Below, in pieces: positions 36,519 through 46,124 of a stretch of 64,000 nucleotides of DNA. The notes beneath the pieces were generated by a model that saw only the letters and a list, made by a program, of their open reading frames with translations, searched no databases and had not been told where the DNA came from. The position numbers and the translations under genes were made by a program. The DNA comes from Candidatus Gottesmanbacteria bacterium (GTDB lineage Bacteria > Patescibacteriota > Microgenomatia > UBA10105 > UBA927). Where the stretch lies: NCBI GenBank assembly GCA_963701185.1, contig OY969569.1, positions 245,735 through 309,734 on the forward strand, in the 5' to 3' direction. Every line of letters starts with the position of its first letter. The first letter of the stretch is position 1.

Positions 36519-37906
36519 TACTTTCCGTTTTCTATCTTATTTCCCGCTGCATCTTTTTAACGAGATACCCGGTTTTTAATGATGAGTCGATATATCTTCG
36601 GGAAGCCTGGATAATGACACACGTTCCGCATCAACTCTGGTTTTCGCTTTCGGACACCGGAAAACAGCCGCTTCTCATCTGGCTCTATGGACTTGCCTGG
36701 CAGGTTATCGGGGATCCGCTCCTTTCCGGGCGCCTGGTGTCCGTGTTCATCGGTTTGACGACGGTATGGGCAGTGTATCTCTTGGGAGGTTGGACTGCGG
36801 GTATTCTTCTGGTTGCGGCTCCGATGTTTGTATTTTTTGACCGGCTTGCATTGGCGGACAGCGCACTGGCGGCGGTGTTTGCATGGCTTTTGGTGGTATT
36901 GGTGAAGCTTCGGAAACGGAATGTCTGCCGTAGCGCAGTTTTTGCCGGCATATTGGTAGGGATAAGTTTTTGGATTAAGTCAACGGGATTTCTTTTCATC
37001 CTGATAACCGTCACAGAATTTGCATATCTCTGGTGGAGTCAAAAAAGGGACATTTCGACCATCCTGGCACTGGTAGTTTTTATTGCTGTCGCCAGTTGGA
37101 TCGGGTTCCCACTCTTTATCCGGCCGGAGGCACTTCGAATTTTTCAAACGGCCCATCTGTATACATATTCTGTTAAAGAACTTATGGCACTTCGTTTTGT
37201 AAACGTGGGACGCAATATTCTGCACGCGTTTATTGACTACACGGCGTATATATCTCCGATTGTTGTCTTAGCATGTATTGTGTCTTTGCGGCATGTGTCC
37301 CACAAAAAACGAATTCTTATAACTGCATGGCTCTTGTCGTTGGCTGTGGTTGTTGTCTTTGGTATAAGTGTTCATGCGCGGTATATACTTTTTACGGCCG
37401 TTCCCGTTATTGTCCTGTCGTCTTTTGTACTCTCCGCCCGCAAGATTCTTCTCGGTATTACCATGGCGTGTATGACCGTTCTGTCCGCAATTCTCATTAT
37501 AGACCCGCCCACATTTTTTCATATATTTCCCGGAACTCATCTGCAGGGTGAATCGTACGGATATGTGGACGGCTGGCCGTCGGGGTATGGTACGAAAGAA
37601 GCATTTGCGGCGATTAATGCGGACCGGCAGGGTGAGCCTGCGATCATTGCAATCCGTTTTGACTCCGGAAATCCGGAGGATGCTATGATTGTGTATGCGA
37701 AAGAGTATCGCAATCTTGCGGTGAAATATCTGGACCCCTGGCAGCCGGAGGCACGCGCAGTTCTTATGGCATCACGGACGCAGCGTGTCTATTTTGTGAC
37801 ACGGCAGGGGCAGTATAATGGATTTGAGCGGTATCTTATCCCGATGGCGCAATTTCTGAAACCGGGCGGTAAAGACAAAGTAGAACTTTTTCGTGTGCGC
37901 ATATGA
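36491..37906 (+). CDS. GT-C family glycosyltransferase (ArnT/PMT-like, dolichyl-phosphate-mannose-protein mannosyltransferase fold)
   Basis: The internal ATG at 36491 overlaps the GT2 end. Polytopic N-terminus with LTRYPVFNDESIYL (DE loop motif) and a soluble C-terminal domain. Confidence 0.55.
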   Translation: MAQTRKNILILSVFYLISRCIFLTRYPVFNDESIYLREAWIMTHVPHQLWFSLSDTGKQPLLIWLYGLAWQVIGDPLLSGRLVSVFIGLTTVWAVYLLGGWTAGILLVAAPMFVFFDRLALADSALAAVFAWLLVVLVKLRKRNVCRSAVFAGILVGISFWIKSTGFLFILITVTEFAYLWWSQKRDISTILALVVFIAVASWIGFPLFIRPEALRIFQTAHLYTYSVKELMALRFVNVGRNILHAFIDYTAYISPIVVLACIVSLRHVSHKKRILITAWLLSLAVVVVFGISVHARYILFTAVPVIVLSSFVLSARKILLGITMACMTVLSAILIIDPPTFFHIFPGTHLQGESYGYVDGWPSGYGTKEAFAAINADRQGEPAIIAIRFDSGNPEDAMIVYAKEYRNLAVKYLDPWQPEARAVLMASRTQRVYFVTRQGQYNGFERYLIPMAQFLKPGGKDKVELFRVRI

Positions 37907-39000
37907 AGCTGCTAAAATTACTATTTTTGGCCAGTTTACTATTGGGTCAGATCGGCGGTCTATCGCCACTGGCGGGTGTTGTTATCTATATTCATGATAT
38001 CCTTCTGGCGTTTCTTGTCGCTTTTTCAATAAAAAAAATCCACCGGGGAAAATTATTTGTTCCGATTGCCCTTTTCATTGTTTCCTGTCTCCTGTCTCTT
38101 GCCGCAAATAGCACCCGCTTTTCCCTGCCTGAATTATTGACGGGGAGTTTGTATCTCGTCCGCTGGACGTTGTATGCAGCTCTTTATTTCGTGGTCAGTG
38201 ATAATCGTGTTGATGCCAAGTTCTGGCTCCGCAACCTGTTTGCTGTCGGCGTCGGATTTGGAATCATAGGTCTTGTGCAATTTTTCCTGTATCCGGATTT
38301 ACGGAATCTCATGTATCTCGGGTGGGACCCGCATTATTATCGTTTGTTCTCGACGCTTTTGGATCCGAACTTTATGGGGATTATTCTGGTATTCACCATA
38401 CTTATAGGTTTCAGCCTGAAGATAAAACACCGAGTGTGGTTTATATCCGGTCAATTGATTTCGTTTATCGCACTGCTGTTGACGTATTCGCGCAGCAGCT
38501 TTCTTGCATTAGGGGTAGCAATCGTTGTATGGGCTCTTGTGCAAAAACGCTGGACGTTGTGTATCGTTTTAACCGCGTTTGCAGGGCTCGTTCTCATTCT
38601 CCCTCACGGGAACACGCTGAATTTGCTTCGGCCGGATTCCACCTTCGCCCGCGTGGGGAACTGGCAGGAAAGTTTCACAATGATTGCCAAAGCGCCGGTA
38701 TTCGGATACGGGTTCGATACGCTCCGATACGTACGTCCCGTGACCGGAGACTTTGTGTCAAAAGCCGCCTCAGGCGCGGACAGCAGTCTTTTGTTTGTGT
38801 GGGCAACGTCCGGCCTTTTTGGGCTGGCTGCGTATGTGTATCTGTTGATTTCAATGATCAGGATAGGGAAGAAATCCGTTTTATACCTTGCCTGTGTTGC
38901 GGCACTTGTTGTTCACAGTTTATTTGTCAACAGCCTGTTCTATCCGTGGGTGATGATCTGGATGTGGGTGCTTACCGGTGCCGCTATTTATGATACGTGA
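37903..39000 (+). CDS. O-antigen ligase/polymerase-like (Wzy_C) membrane protein
   Basis: Polytopic protein. LLTYSRSSFLALGVAIVVWAL resembles the Wzy_C signature, with a large periplasmic loop. Confidence 0.6.
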   Translation: MKLLKLLFLASLLLGQIGGLSPLAGVVIYIHDILLAFLVAFSIKKIHRGKLFVPIALFIVSCLLSLAANSTRFSLPELLTGSLYLVRWTLYAALYFVVSDNRVDAKFWLRNLFAVGVGFGIIGLVQFFLYPDLRNLMYLGWDPHYYRLFSTLLDPNFMGIILVFTILIGFSLKIKHRVWFISGQLISFIALLLTYSRSSFLALGVAIVVWALVQKRWTLCIVLTAFAGLVLILPHGNTLNLLRPDSTFARVGNWQESFTMIAKAPVFGYGFDTLRYVRPVTGDFVSKAASGADSSLLFVWATSGLFGLAAYVYLLISMIRIGKKSVLYLACVAALVVHSLFVNSLFYPWVMIWMWVLTGAAIYDT

Positions 39001-39697
39001 CCTTGCGCTGGATGGTCGTCTGATTTCCGGAAGCGTCAGTTGCTACAATCTTAAGAATATTATCCCCCTCGTTTAACGGATAACTGTAGCTGAAGGAATT
39101 GTCGGTTTTAATAACCACCATCCGGTCGTTAATCGTGACCGTGACATTATCGTCCGTCATGCCCGTTACCGTGACCGCATTGGGATCTCCGGTGACCGTC
39201 GAATTATCCGTCGGGTCGCTCACGACGAGTTTTGGCGGAGTGTTGCCGTAATTAACGGACACGATGTTGGACAGGTCGCTCACATTCCCTTTCGTATCCG
39301 TCAGTTTTGCGCTGATGGTATTTGAGCCGTTCACCAGCGGAATGCCTGACAGGATAAACGTTCCGTCCTTCCGGACAGCGGTCTGTTTGAATTCCTTACC
39401 ATTGACATACAGGATGACGGTAAGCTCCGCCTGTCCCTTACCGGTAGCGGAAATAGTTGCGCTGTTGGTGGCGCTCGTCGGCGGGTCGAGAGTCGGCGGC
39501 AGGATGATGGTTTGCGCCTGTTGCGTGGTTGCCGGTGAGCCGCCCCTCAATTTTTCCACCAACAGACTAAATCCGATAAGCGCTTTCACGCCGAAGGCGA
39601 GAATGAGGACGAATATGCCGATGATGCCGACAATAGCAAGAACGAGCCGACGCTTTTCTTTGCGGTCCGACACTCTCGATAATCTTGAATATGCCAT
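38984..39697 (-). CDS. membrane-anchored extracellular protein with Ig-like/beta-sandwich repeats, hypothetical
   Basis: N-terminal TM LVLAIVGIIGIFVLILAFGV, then Thr/Asn-rich beta-strand repeats (VTVTG, VTVTIND). Confidence 0.4.
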   Translation of the reverse strand: MAYSRLSRVSDRKEKRRLVLAIVGIIGIFVLILAFGVKALIGFSLLVEKLRGGSPATTQQAQTIILPPTLDPPTSATNSATISATGKGQAELTVILYVNGKEFKQTAVRKDGTFILSGIPLVNGSNTISAKLTDTKGNVSDLSNIVSVNYGNTPPKLVVSDPTDNSTVTGDPNAVTVTGMTDDNVTVTINDRMVVIKTDNSFSYSYPLNEGDNILKIVATDASGNQTTIQRKVTYHK

Positions 39698-39700
39698 ATG

Positions 39701-39771
39701 AGCCTCCTGTCAGAATCGAACTGACATCTACGGTTTACGATACCGCTGCTCTGCCACTGAGCTAAGGAGGC
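39701..39771 (-). tRNA. tRNA-Thr (anticodon CGT)
   Basis: Reverse complement reads GCCTCCT-TA-GCTC-AGTGGCA-GAGC-A-GCGGT-ATCGTAA-ACCGT-AGAT-GTCAG-TTCGATT-CTGAC-AGGAGGC-T, 71 nt. Confidence 0.8.
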
Positions 39772-39776
39772 AGTTG

Positions 39777-39847
39777 AGCGGGTGAAGGGAATCGAACCCT
39801 CGTCTCATCCTTGGGAAGGACGTATTCTGCCATTGAACCACACCCGC
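39777..39847 (-). tRNA. tRNA-Gly (anticodon CCC)
   Basis: Reverse complement reads GCGGGTG-TG-GTTC-AATGGCA-GAAT-A-CGTCC-TTCCCAA-GGATG-AGAC-GAGGG-TTCGATT-CCCTT-CACCCGC-T. It ends 5 nt upstream of tRNA-Thr, so the two are probably co-transcribed. Confidence 0.8.
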
Positions 39848-39882
39848 AAATGAAAAAAGCGTAAGGCCTTTTTCATTATACC

Positions 39883-40428
39883 TCAAGGCATCACCAGGAC
39901 GTTTCCCGGATGGATGATCCCCGGATTTTCAAGTTTATTTGCTGATGCTATATCAACCCATCTGTACCCGTTGCTATATTCTTTAAGCGCTATGTTCCAC
40001 AAATCGTCTCCTGCCACCACGGTATAGCTGGCATCTTTTGCTTTGTCGGTTATCGATGCGGCGGAAATTGCAGGAGTTGCAACTCCTTTGGGTGCCACAT
40101 CCGGGATTGTCAGGGTAGTTCCCGCCTCGATAAGGTCAGGGTTACCCACATTGTTCGCATCCCGAATATCTACCCAGTTATAGCCGCTCTTGTAATACGT
40201 TGTTGAAATTGTCCAAAGCGATTCACCGGCTGCTACGGTATGTTTTGCAGGAAGAGACGTTGATCCGTTTGTTTGTTCAGCCGCTTTCTGGGTGGTTGCC
40301 GCCGATTGTGTTCTGGATTTGACGTAATTGACGATTGTCATACCGATCACCAATACGACTGCCAATCCCAAGATGAGAGATACGATAGAATCGGTTGAAT
40401 CAAATTTCTTAACCAGTGTTTTCCACAT
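39883..40428 (-). CDS. membrane-anchored tandem LysM-domain protein
   Basis: N-terminal TM helix, then two LysM repeats (HTVAAGESLWTISTTYYKSGYNWVDIRDAN...AGTTLTIP and YTVVAGDDLWNIALKEYSNGYRWVDIASAN...PGNVLVMP). Confidence 0.75.
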   Translation of the reverse strand: MWKTLVKKFDSTDSIVSLILGLAVVLVIGMTIVNYVKSRTQSAATTQKAAEQTNGSTSLPAKHTVAAGESLWTISTTYYKSGYNWVDIRDANNVGNPDLIEAGTTLTIPDVAPKGVATPAISAASITDKAKDASYTVVAGDDLWNIALKEYSNGYRWVDIASANKLENPGIIHPGNVLVMP

Positions 40429-40473
40429 GTCGTGTTTCCTCCGTTCCAGGCAGATGTGAATGAGCAGTAATGA

Positions 40474-40551
40474 TGGCGGGACCGACCGGGTTCGGACCGG
40501 CGACCTTCTCCTTGACAGGGAGACGCTCTAACCAGGCTGAGCTACGATCCC
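40474..40551 (-). tRNA. tRNA-Asp (anticodon GTC), CCA encoded
   Basis: Reverse complement reads GGGATCG-TA-GCTC-AGCCTGGTTA-GAGC-G-TCTCC-CTGTCAA-GGAGA-AGGTC-GCCGG-TCCGAAC-CCGGT-CGGTCCC-G-CCA. The acceptor and T stems each contain one G-U pair. Confidence 0.75.
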
Positions 40552-40594
40552 AAACAACTTGGTCAATTATACTAAATATGGTACGCTAATCAAA

Positions 40595-42346
40595 ATGACC
40601 AATCTTGAGATAGCGGAATTACTTCGAAGAGTCGCTGCGGCGTATGAAATCCTCGGTGAAAACAGATTCCGTATTATCGCCTACGAACGTGCGGCCGACA
40701 GCATTGAACACCTCACGAGCGAGCTCAAGGATTACTGGGATGATAAGAAGCTGACTGAGATCCCCGGAGTCGGCGAGACGCTTGCTTCCCATTTAGATGA
40801 GTTATTCCGGACCGGACATTCGAAACATTTCGACAGTGTGATGGCCAAACTCCCGGCTGCCGTGTTTCCGCTGCTTCTTGTGCCCGGTATCGGGCCCAAA
40901 AAAGCGTATAAGTTAGTTCAGATATTAAAGCTATTGAACGAAAAAACCGTCATCAATGATCTTGAAAAAGCTGCAAAACAGCACAAAATAGCCCCGATAG
41001 AAGGTTTTGGTGAGAAATCTGAAAAGCTCATCCTTGCCAATATCGAAATATACAGAAAAGGCCAAATTAAAGAAAATCGTATGGCACTGCCGATCGCCGA
41101 CAGTATCGCCGCCGATATTATCGCTTTCTTAAAGAAATTACCTTCAGCCAAACGTGTCGACGCTTTGGGAAGCCTCCGTCGTCAGGTATCAACGATTGGA
41201 GATATAGACATCGCAGTCGCAACAACAAATCCGAAGGAAATCCTTGCCCATTTTCTGACGTACCCGCACGAGGAGATTATTGAGGAAGGTCCCACCGGTG
41301 CCTCTGTGCGGCTCCATAACGGGCGTCAGGTAGATCTCCGGGTCCAGAAGCCGGAACTTTACGGAGCAATGCTCCAGTATTTTACCGGAGGAAAAAATCA
41401 TAACATTGCGCTCCGGTCCTTTGCCCTGTCGCGGGGCTTATCACTCAATGAATACGGCATCAAACACGTTTCGAGCGGTAAAGTGGACGGCTTTGCTTCA
41501 GAAGAATCTTTCTATAAAGCCATAGGTCTTAAGTTTATCCCCCCGGAATTGCGGGAGGATAAAGGGGAAATTGCCGCAGCCAGTGAGCACAAACTCCCAC
41601 ATCTGGTTGAGCTTCCGGATATTAAAGGAGACCTTCATATTCATACGAATTATGATTTGGAACCGTCGCATGATATCGGTGCAAATTCGTTCTCCGATTA
41701 TCTGGATCGCGCGGCGGCATTGGGATATGAGTACATCGGTATAAGCGATCACAATCCGAGTATCGCAAACCACTCGGAACAACAAATTATTGAAATCATG
41801 AAGCGCCGTAAAGATGCATATGAGCACAAATATTCCTCACGAATACATTATGTACTCTTATGTGAGGTAGATATCCTTCCGGACGGGAAATTAGCGTTGC
41901 CTGAGGGAGCGTTTGCATATGTCGACGGCGTGATCGCTTCTTTGCATTCAAGTTTTACTCAGGACCGAAAGACGGTGACGAAACGGATTATTACCGGACT
42001 TACCGGAAATCCGAAAGTCCGGATATTCGGTCATCCTACCGCGCGGCTACTTGGGAGCCGGGAAGGAGTGGATGCTGATTGGAAGGAAGTTTTTGCCGTG
42101 TGCAAAGAACATGATATCGCACTTGAAATCAATGCCGGGCCCGGACGCCTGGATCTGCCTGATACGCTCGTTTATGATGCGGTGAAAGAAAAACTAAAAT
42201 TCGCAATCGGCACGGATGCACACGCGGTTGCCGGCATGGATCTCATGAAATACGGCGTATCAGTAGCCCGCCGCGGATGGGCAACAAAACATGACATTGT
42301 CAATTGCTTGCAGTATAATGAATTTCGGAGGTGGCTATGCAAATAA
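40595..42346 (+). CDS. polX: DNA polymerase X family protein with C-terminal PHP (3'-5' exonuclease/phosphoesterase) domain
   Basis: ATG at 40595. Pol-beta-like fingers/palm with HhH (IPGVGETLASHL, VPGIGPKKAYKL) and the nucleotidyltransferase motif GSLRRQVSTIGDIDIAVAT. C-terminal PHP motifs HIHTNYD, SDHN. Confidence 0.8.
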   Translation: MTNLEIAELLRRVAAAYEILGENRFRIIAYERAADSIEHLTSELKDYWDDKKLTEIPGVGETLASHLDELFRTGHSKHFDSVMAKLPAAVFPLLLVPGIGPKKAYKLVQILKLLNEKTVINDLEKAAKQHKIAPIEGFGEKSEKLILANIEIYRKGQIKENRMALPIADSIAADIIAFLKKLPSAKRVDALGSLRRQVSTIGDIDIAVATTNPKEILAHFLTYPHEEIIEEGPTGASVRLHNGRQVDLRVQKPELYGAMLQYFTGGKNHNIALRSFALSRGLSLNEYGIKHVSSGKVDGFASEESFYKAIGLKFIPPELREDKGEIAAASEHKLPHLVELPDIKGDLHIHTNYDLEPSHDIGANSFSDYLDRAAALGYEYIGISDHNPSIANHSEQQIIEIMKRRKDAYEHKYSSRIHYVLLCEVDILPDGKLALPEGAFAYVDGVIASLHSSFTQDRKTVTKRIITGLTGNPKVRIFGHPTARLLGSREGVDADWKEVFAVCKEHDIALEINAGPGRLDLPDTLVYDAVKEKLKFAIGTDAHAVAGMDLMKYGVSVARRGWATKHDIVNCLQYNEFRRWLCK

Positions 42347-42891
42347 TTTGGATACTTATTGGTGTCGTTGGTGTTTTAGTCGTATATGTCTGGTCTTTGT
42401 ACAACGGGCTGGTAACGCTGAAAATGCGCATTGATGAAGCGTGGAGTCAGATCGACGTGCAGCTCAAGCGCCGCGCTGATCTTATCCCGAACCTCGTGGA
42501 GACGGTTAAAGGGTATGCAAAACATGAAAAAACCATTATGGATTCTGTAACCCGCGCGCGTGCATCAATGCTTTCGGCTAAATCAATGGATTCCAAAGCC
42601 AAAGCGAGCGACGCGCTTTCCGGCGCGCTCGGAAAACTGTTGGCGATTGCGGAAAATTATCCGCAGCTCAAAGCAAACGACAGTTTTATCCAACTCCAGA
42701 AAGAGCTTTCGGATACGGAGGATAAGGTGGCGTATTCCCGTCAGTATTACAATAGTTCCGTTTTGGAATTTAATACAAAGATCCAGGTATTTCCCAATTC
42801 CATGCTGGCATCAGGATTAGGATTCAGCGGTAAGGAATTCTTCGGGGCCAGTGAAGCGGACCGGCAGCCGGCGAAGGTGAAGTTCGAATAA
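42331..42891 (+). CDS. lemA: LemA family protein
   Basis: N-terminal TM followed by the LemA core LYNGLVTLKMRIDEAWSQIDVQLKRRADLIPNLVETVKGYAKHE. Confidence 0.85.
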   Translation: MAMQIIWILIGVVGVLVVYVWSLYNGLVTLKMRIDEAWSQIDVQLKRRADLIPNLVETVKGYAKHEKTIMDSVTRARASMLSAKSMDSKAKASDALSGALGKLLAIAENYPQLKANDSFIQLQKELSDTEDKVAYSRQYYNSSVLEFNTKIQVFPNSMLASGLGFSGKEFFGASEADRQPAKVKFE

Positions 42892-42902
42892 TGTTGTTTG
42901 TC

Positions 42903-42934
42903 ATCCCCGCGCATGCGGGGATCTGCCTTTTTTT
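42903..42934 (+). terminator. rho-independent terminator after lemA (ATCCCCGC gcat GCGGGGAT, then T7)
   Basis: A perfect 8-bp GC-rich stem at 42903-42922, then CTGCC and TTTTTTT at 42928-42934. Confidence 0.7.
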
Positions 42935-42952
42935 CCGAAAATACCAAAACCG

Positions 42953-42973
42953 ATTCCCGATCAGGTCGGGAAT
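42953..42973 (+). promoter_or_regulatory. second hairpin (ATTCCCGA tcagg TCGGGAAT) 13 nt upstream of the htpX start
   Basis: An inverted-orientation near-copy of the terminator hairpin arms. It is flanked by TTTGTCAT (42897-42904) and ATGACAAA (42973-42980), so it may act as a 5'-UTR element. Confidence 0.3.
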
Positions 42974-42985
42974 GACAAATAGACT

Positions 42986-43885
42986 ATGACCATCTCTTCT
43001 CAGATCAATTCCAATGTTATAAAGACTTATATATTTATGACGCTGTTTGTGGCGTTTGTGGTACTGGCTTCCTACGTCATGGGCAATGCGCTCGGGTACG
43101 GGAATTCCTGGATGATTATTGCGGTGCTGTTTTCCGTGATTTCCAGTCTTGTCAGCTACTATTGGGGTGCGGATATGGTTCTGGCAATGTCCCACGCGCG
43201 GCCCGCCGACCGCCAGCGCGACTTTGATTTTTTTACTGTCGCGGAAAATCTTGCGATTGCCGCAGGTATTCCAAAACCCAAATTATATGTCATAGACGAT
43301 ACGGCGATGAACGCATTCGCCACCGGCCGCGACCCCCAGCATGCCGTCGTTTGCGCCACGAGCGGTATTCTTTCGCGTCTGGAGAGGCGGGAACTGGAAG
43401 GGGTTATCGCCCATGAACTTTCCCATATTAAAAACTTCGATACGCGGCTTATGGCGGTTGTTGCGGTGCTTGTGGGTTCTGTCGCATTTTTGGCAGACAT
43501 GTTTATGCGGACGCTCTGGTGGGGCGGCGGGCGCAGGAGTAGGGATAATGATAATAATCTTGGCGGGATTCTTATGATCGCGGGTATCGTATTAGCCATT
43601 TTATCGCCGATTATCGCCACACTGATCCAGCTTGCTGTGTCGCGGAAACGCGAGTATCTTGCCGACGCGTCGGGTGCGCTGCTGACTCGATATCCCGAAG
43701 GCCTTGCGCGGGCACTGGAAAAAATATCGAAAGATAAGGAAGTCCTGGAGGCGGCAACAAATGCGACGGCGCACTTATTTATTGCCAACCCGTTCAAAGG
43801 AAAAAATTTCGGCGCCTGGTTCTCCAGCATGTTCGATACCCACCCGCCGATTGCCGAGCGGATAAAAATTTTACGCGCATTATGA
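42986..43885 (+). CDS. htpX: membrane zinc metalloprotease HtpX (M48)
   Basis: HELSH zinc motif, four TM segments, and the C-terminal FDTHPPIAERI. Confidence 0.85.
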   Translation: MTISSQINSNVIKTYIFMTLFVAFVVLASYVMGNALGYGNSWMIIAVLFSVISSLVSYYWGADMVLAMSHARPADRQRDFDFFTVAENLAIAAGIPKPKLYVIDDTAMNAFATGRDPQHAVVCATSGILSRLERRELEGVIAHELSHIKNFDTRLMAVVAVLVGSVAFLADMFMRTLWWGGGRRSRDNDNNLGGILMIAGIVLAILSPIIATLIQLAVSRKREYLADASGALLTRYPEGLARALEKISKDKEVLEAATNATAHLFIANPFKGKNFGAWFSSMFDTHPPIAERIKILRAL

Positions 43886-45099
43886 ACCTTCGGACAAAGC
43901 TAGCCATGGTGGCAGGAAAATTAGTTTCTTTTGTGAGCACAACGTTCCGCTTAGGAGCAGGTGCAACGTGGCCGGGGGAAATAGCACTCCGGATACAACC
44001 CCGTATTCTTCATATTCTGGCGCGACGGAAACGCATTATTCTGGTTGCAGGCACGAATGGAAAAACGACAACCGTTAAAATGATTAAAACCATTCTCGGA
44101 AAAGACGCCGTTTCCAATACCTCGGGAGCTAATCTTGATAACGGCCTTATGTCCACGTTTATCCGGTACCCGAACGCCGGGTATTATATTTTTGAAGTCG
44201 ATGAGGCAACATTACCGAATGTTCTGAAGGATCTTACCCCGGAGGTTATAGTACTGACCAATCTCTTCCGCGACCAGCTGGATCGCTACGGGGAGGTGGA
44301 TACCATTGCCGAGAAGTGGCTCGTGGCACTCGGAGGGATAGAGCGCCAGACCAATGTTATCGTCAATAGCGACGATCCCCACCTCGCCTTTATCGGATCC
44401 AAAATTACGGCGCCCGTGAAATACTTCGGATTGGAAGATCCGTCATTATTTTTGCCCAAAATGCAGCATGCAACGGATACGATTTATTGCCCCAACTGCG
44501 GCGCGCGTCTTACGTTTGCGGGTGTGTACTATTCGCATTTAGGCAAATGGGCTTGCGGGACATGTTCATTCGTCCCTCCGAAAGAAGATATGATCGCAGC
44601 GGATATCGTAAGTCCTTTGGAGGGCGTGTATAACATCTATAATACTCTTGCTGCGGCGCTTACCGCGGAAACTGTCGGTATGAGTAAGGAAAAAATACGT
44701 GAAGGGTTAAAAAAATTCACCCCTGCATTTGGCAGAATGGAACGAATAGGGAATATAACGATTTTACTATCAAAAAACCCAACTGGTTTTAATGAATCCT
44801 TGCGCACTGTTGCACAGTCGAAAGATAAAGCACCGATATTTCTTGTTTTAAACGACAGAATTCCAGATGGGCGGGATGTTTCATGGATTTGGGACGTCGA
44901 TTTTGAAGCGTATCGGAAGTTTCCAAAATATTACGTCAGCGGGGACAGGGCACTCGATATGGCGCTGCGGTTAAAATACGCGGGGATTCAATCAACAATC
45001 GTTGAGGATATTCCTCACGAAAATACGTTGTGGATTTTGCCCACGTATTCAGCAATGCTTGAAATACGAAAAAAACTTACGGGGAGAAAAATACTATGA
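43882..45099 (+). CDS. murT: lipid II isoglutaminyl synthase, Mur-ligase-like subunit MurT
   Basis: Mur ligase P-loop AGTNGKTTT, a Cys4 ribbon (CPNCGARL...CGTC) and a C-terminal DUF1727-like region. A gatD-type gene follows immediately. Confidence 0.7.
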   Translation: MNLRTKLAMVAGKLVSFVSTTFRLGAGATWPGEIALRIQPRILHILARRKRIILVAGTNGKTTTVKMIKTILGKDAVSNTSGANLDNGLMSTFIRYPNAGYYIFEVDEATLPNVLKDLTPEVIVLTNLFRDQLDRYGEVDTIAEKWLVALGGIERQTNVIVNSDDPHLAFIGSKITAPVKYFGLEDPSLFLPKMQHATDTIYCPNCGARLTFAGVYYSHLGKWACGTCSFVPPKEDMIAADIVSPLEGVYNIYNTLAAALTAETVGMSKEKIREGLKKFTPAFGRMERIGNITILLSKNPTGFNESLRTVAQSKDKAPIFLVLNDRIPDGRDVSWIWDVDFEAYRKFPKYYVSGDRALDMALRLKYAGIQSTIVEDIPHENTLWILPTYSAMLEIRKKLTGRKIL

Positions 45100-45818
45100 A
45101 AGTAACAATAGGCTGGTTATATCCGGAACTGATGAGTACCTACGGAGACCGTGGCAATATTATCGTTCTGACCAAGCGGTGTGAATGGCGGGGAATTAAG
45201 GTTACTGTATTGCCCATTGCTTTCAAAACAACCGATAAAGACATTGAGTCGTGCGATATCATATTCGGAGGCGGGGCACAGGACCGTCAGCAGGGGATTC
45301 TTATTGATGACCTGCGGCAGAAAGGACCGATCCTCAAAAAAATGTTCGGGCGGGGGATTCCGGGATTATTCGTCTGCGGCGCGCCGCAACTATTAGGTCA
45401 CTACTATATGACTGGGGACGGAAAAAAGCTTGAAGGCTTGGGAATATTCGATATGGTAAGCAAGCATGCCGGTACACGATGTATTGGAAACACGGTTGCA
45501 AAATTACCGGACGGAAAGACAATAGTTGGATTCGAGAACCACGGAGGCCGGACATATCTTGGTAAAGGAGTTAAACCCTTTGCCAAAGTTATCAAAGGTT
45601 GTGGAAATAACGGAAAAGACGGGACGGAAGGGGCGGTCTACAAAAACTGCATCGCCACCTACTCCCACGGCCCGTTTCTGCCGAAAAACCCCCACATCGC
45701 CGACAGGCTGATTTCCACAGCACTGGAAATAAAATACAAAAGGAAAATTTCACTGAAACCTCTCGATGACTCATTGGAATGGCAAGCCCACGACGCAATA
45801 CTGCAGCGGTTTACTTAA
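45096..45818 (+). CDS. gatD: lipid II isoglutaminyl synthase glutaminase subunit GatD (CobB/CobQ-like GATase)
   Basis: GATase1-like with the FVCGAPQLLGHYY nucleophile-Cys region and SHGPF (His). Its start overlaps murT. Confidence 0.7.
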   Translation: MKVTIGWLYPELMSTYGDRGNIIVLTKRCEWRGIKVTVLPIAFKTTDKDIESCDIIFGGGAQDRQQGILIDDLRQKGPILKKMFGRGIPGLFVCGAPQLLGHYYMTGDGKKLEGLGIFDMVSKHAGTRCIGNTVAKLPDGKTIVGFENHGGRTYLGKGVKPFAKVIKGCGNNGKDGTEGAVYKNCIATYSHGPFLPKNPHIADRLISTALEIKYKRKISLKPLDDSLEWQAHDAILQRFT

Positions 45819-46098
45819 TCCCCACAAAATCGATTTTGCGATAGACTTTGCGGATTTCGTCCCAGAATTTTTGGGAGAGATTGCTCGAAAACTTTCCGTA
45901 CTGGCCTGATTCAGTTTTTCCGCAGAGAATCCGCTCATATTCACGGATAACGTCCAATACTTCCGAGCCGATTTGGTTAAACCGGGCCTTATTCATATCG
46001 GGGTTGAGGACAAATGCATCGTGGACAGCAGTAAAATTATCAAACAGCTCTTTATTTTCATCAATCATCCGTTGAAACATCGTCTGATATTTTTGCAT
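45811..46098 (-). CDS. hypothetical small helical protein
   Basis: 95 aa, minus strand, the only antisense gene in this block. No recognisable motif. Confidence 0.3.
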   Translation of the reverse strand: MQKYQTMFQRMIDENKELFDNFTAVHDAFVLNPDMNKARFNQIGSEVLDVIREYERILCGKTESGQYGKFSSNLSQKFWDEIRKVYRKIDFVGIK

Positions 46099-46124
46099 AG
46101 ACCGATTATAGCAAATGTTCTATA

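Noticed and set aside
42953-42980. Possible SRP (4.5S) RNA: the CAGGTCGGGAATGACA string resembles the SRP domain IV consensus CAGGUCCGGAAGGAAGCAG.
   Set aside because: Similarity is confined to about 10 nt. The region is too short (94 nt total) to hold the roughly 100-nt hairpin and lacks the conserved GGAA tetraloop with its asymmetric loops. It is better explained as a simple 5'-UTR hairpin.
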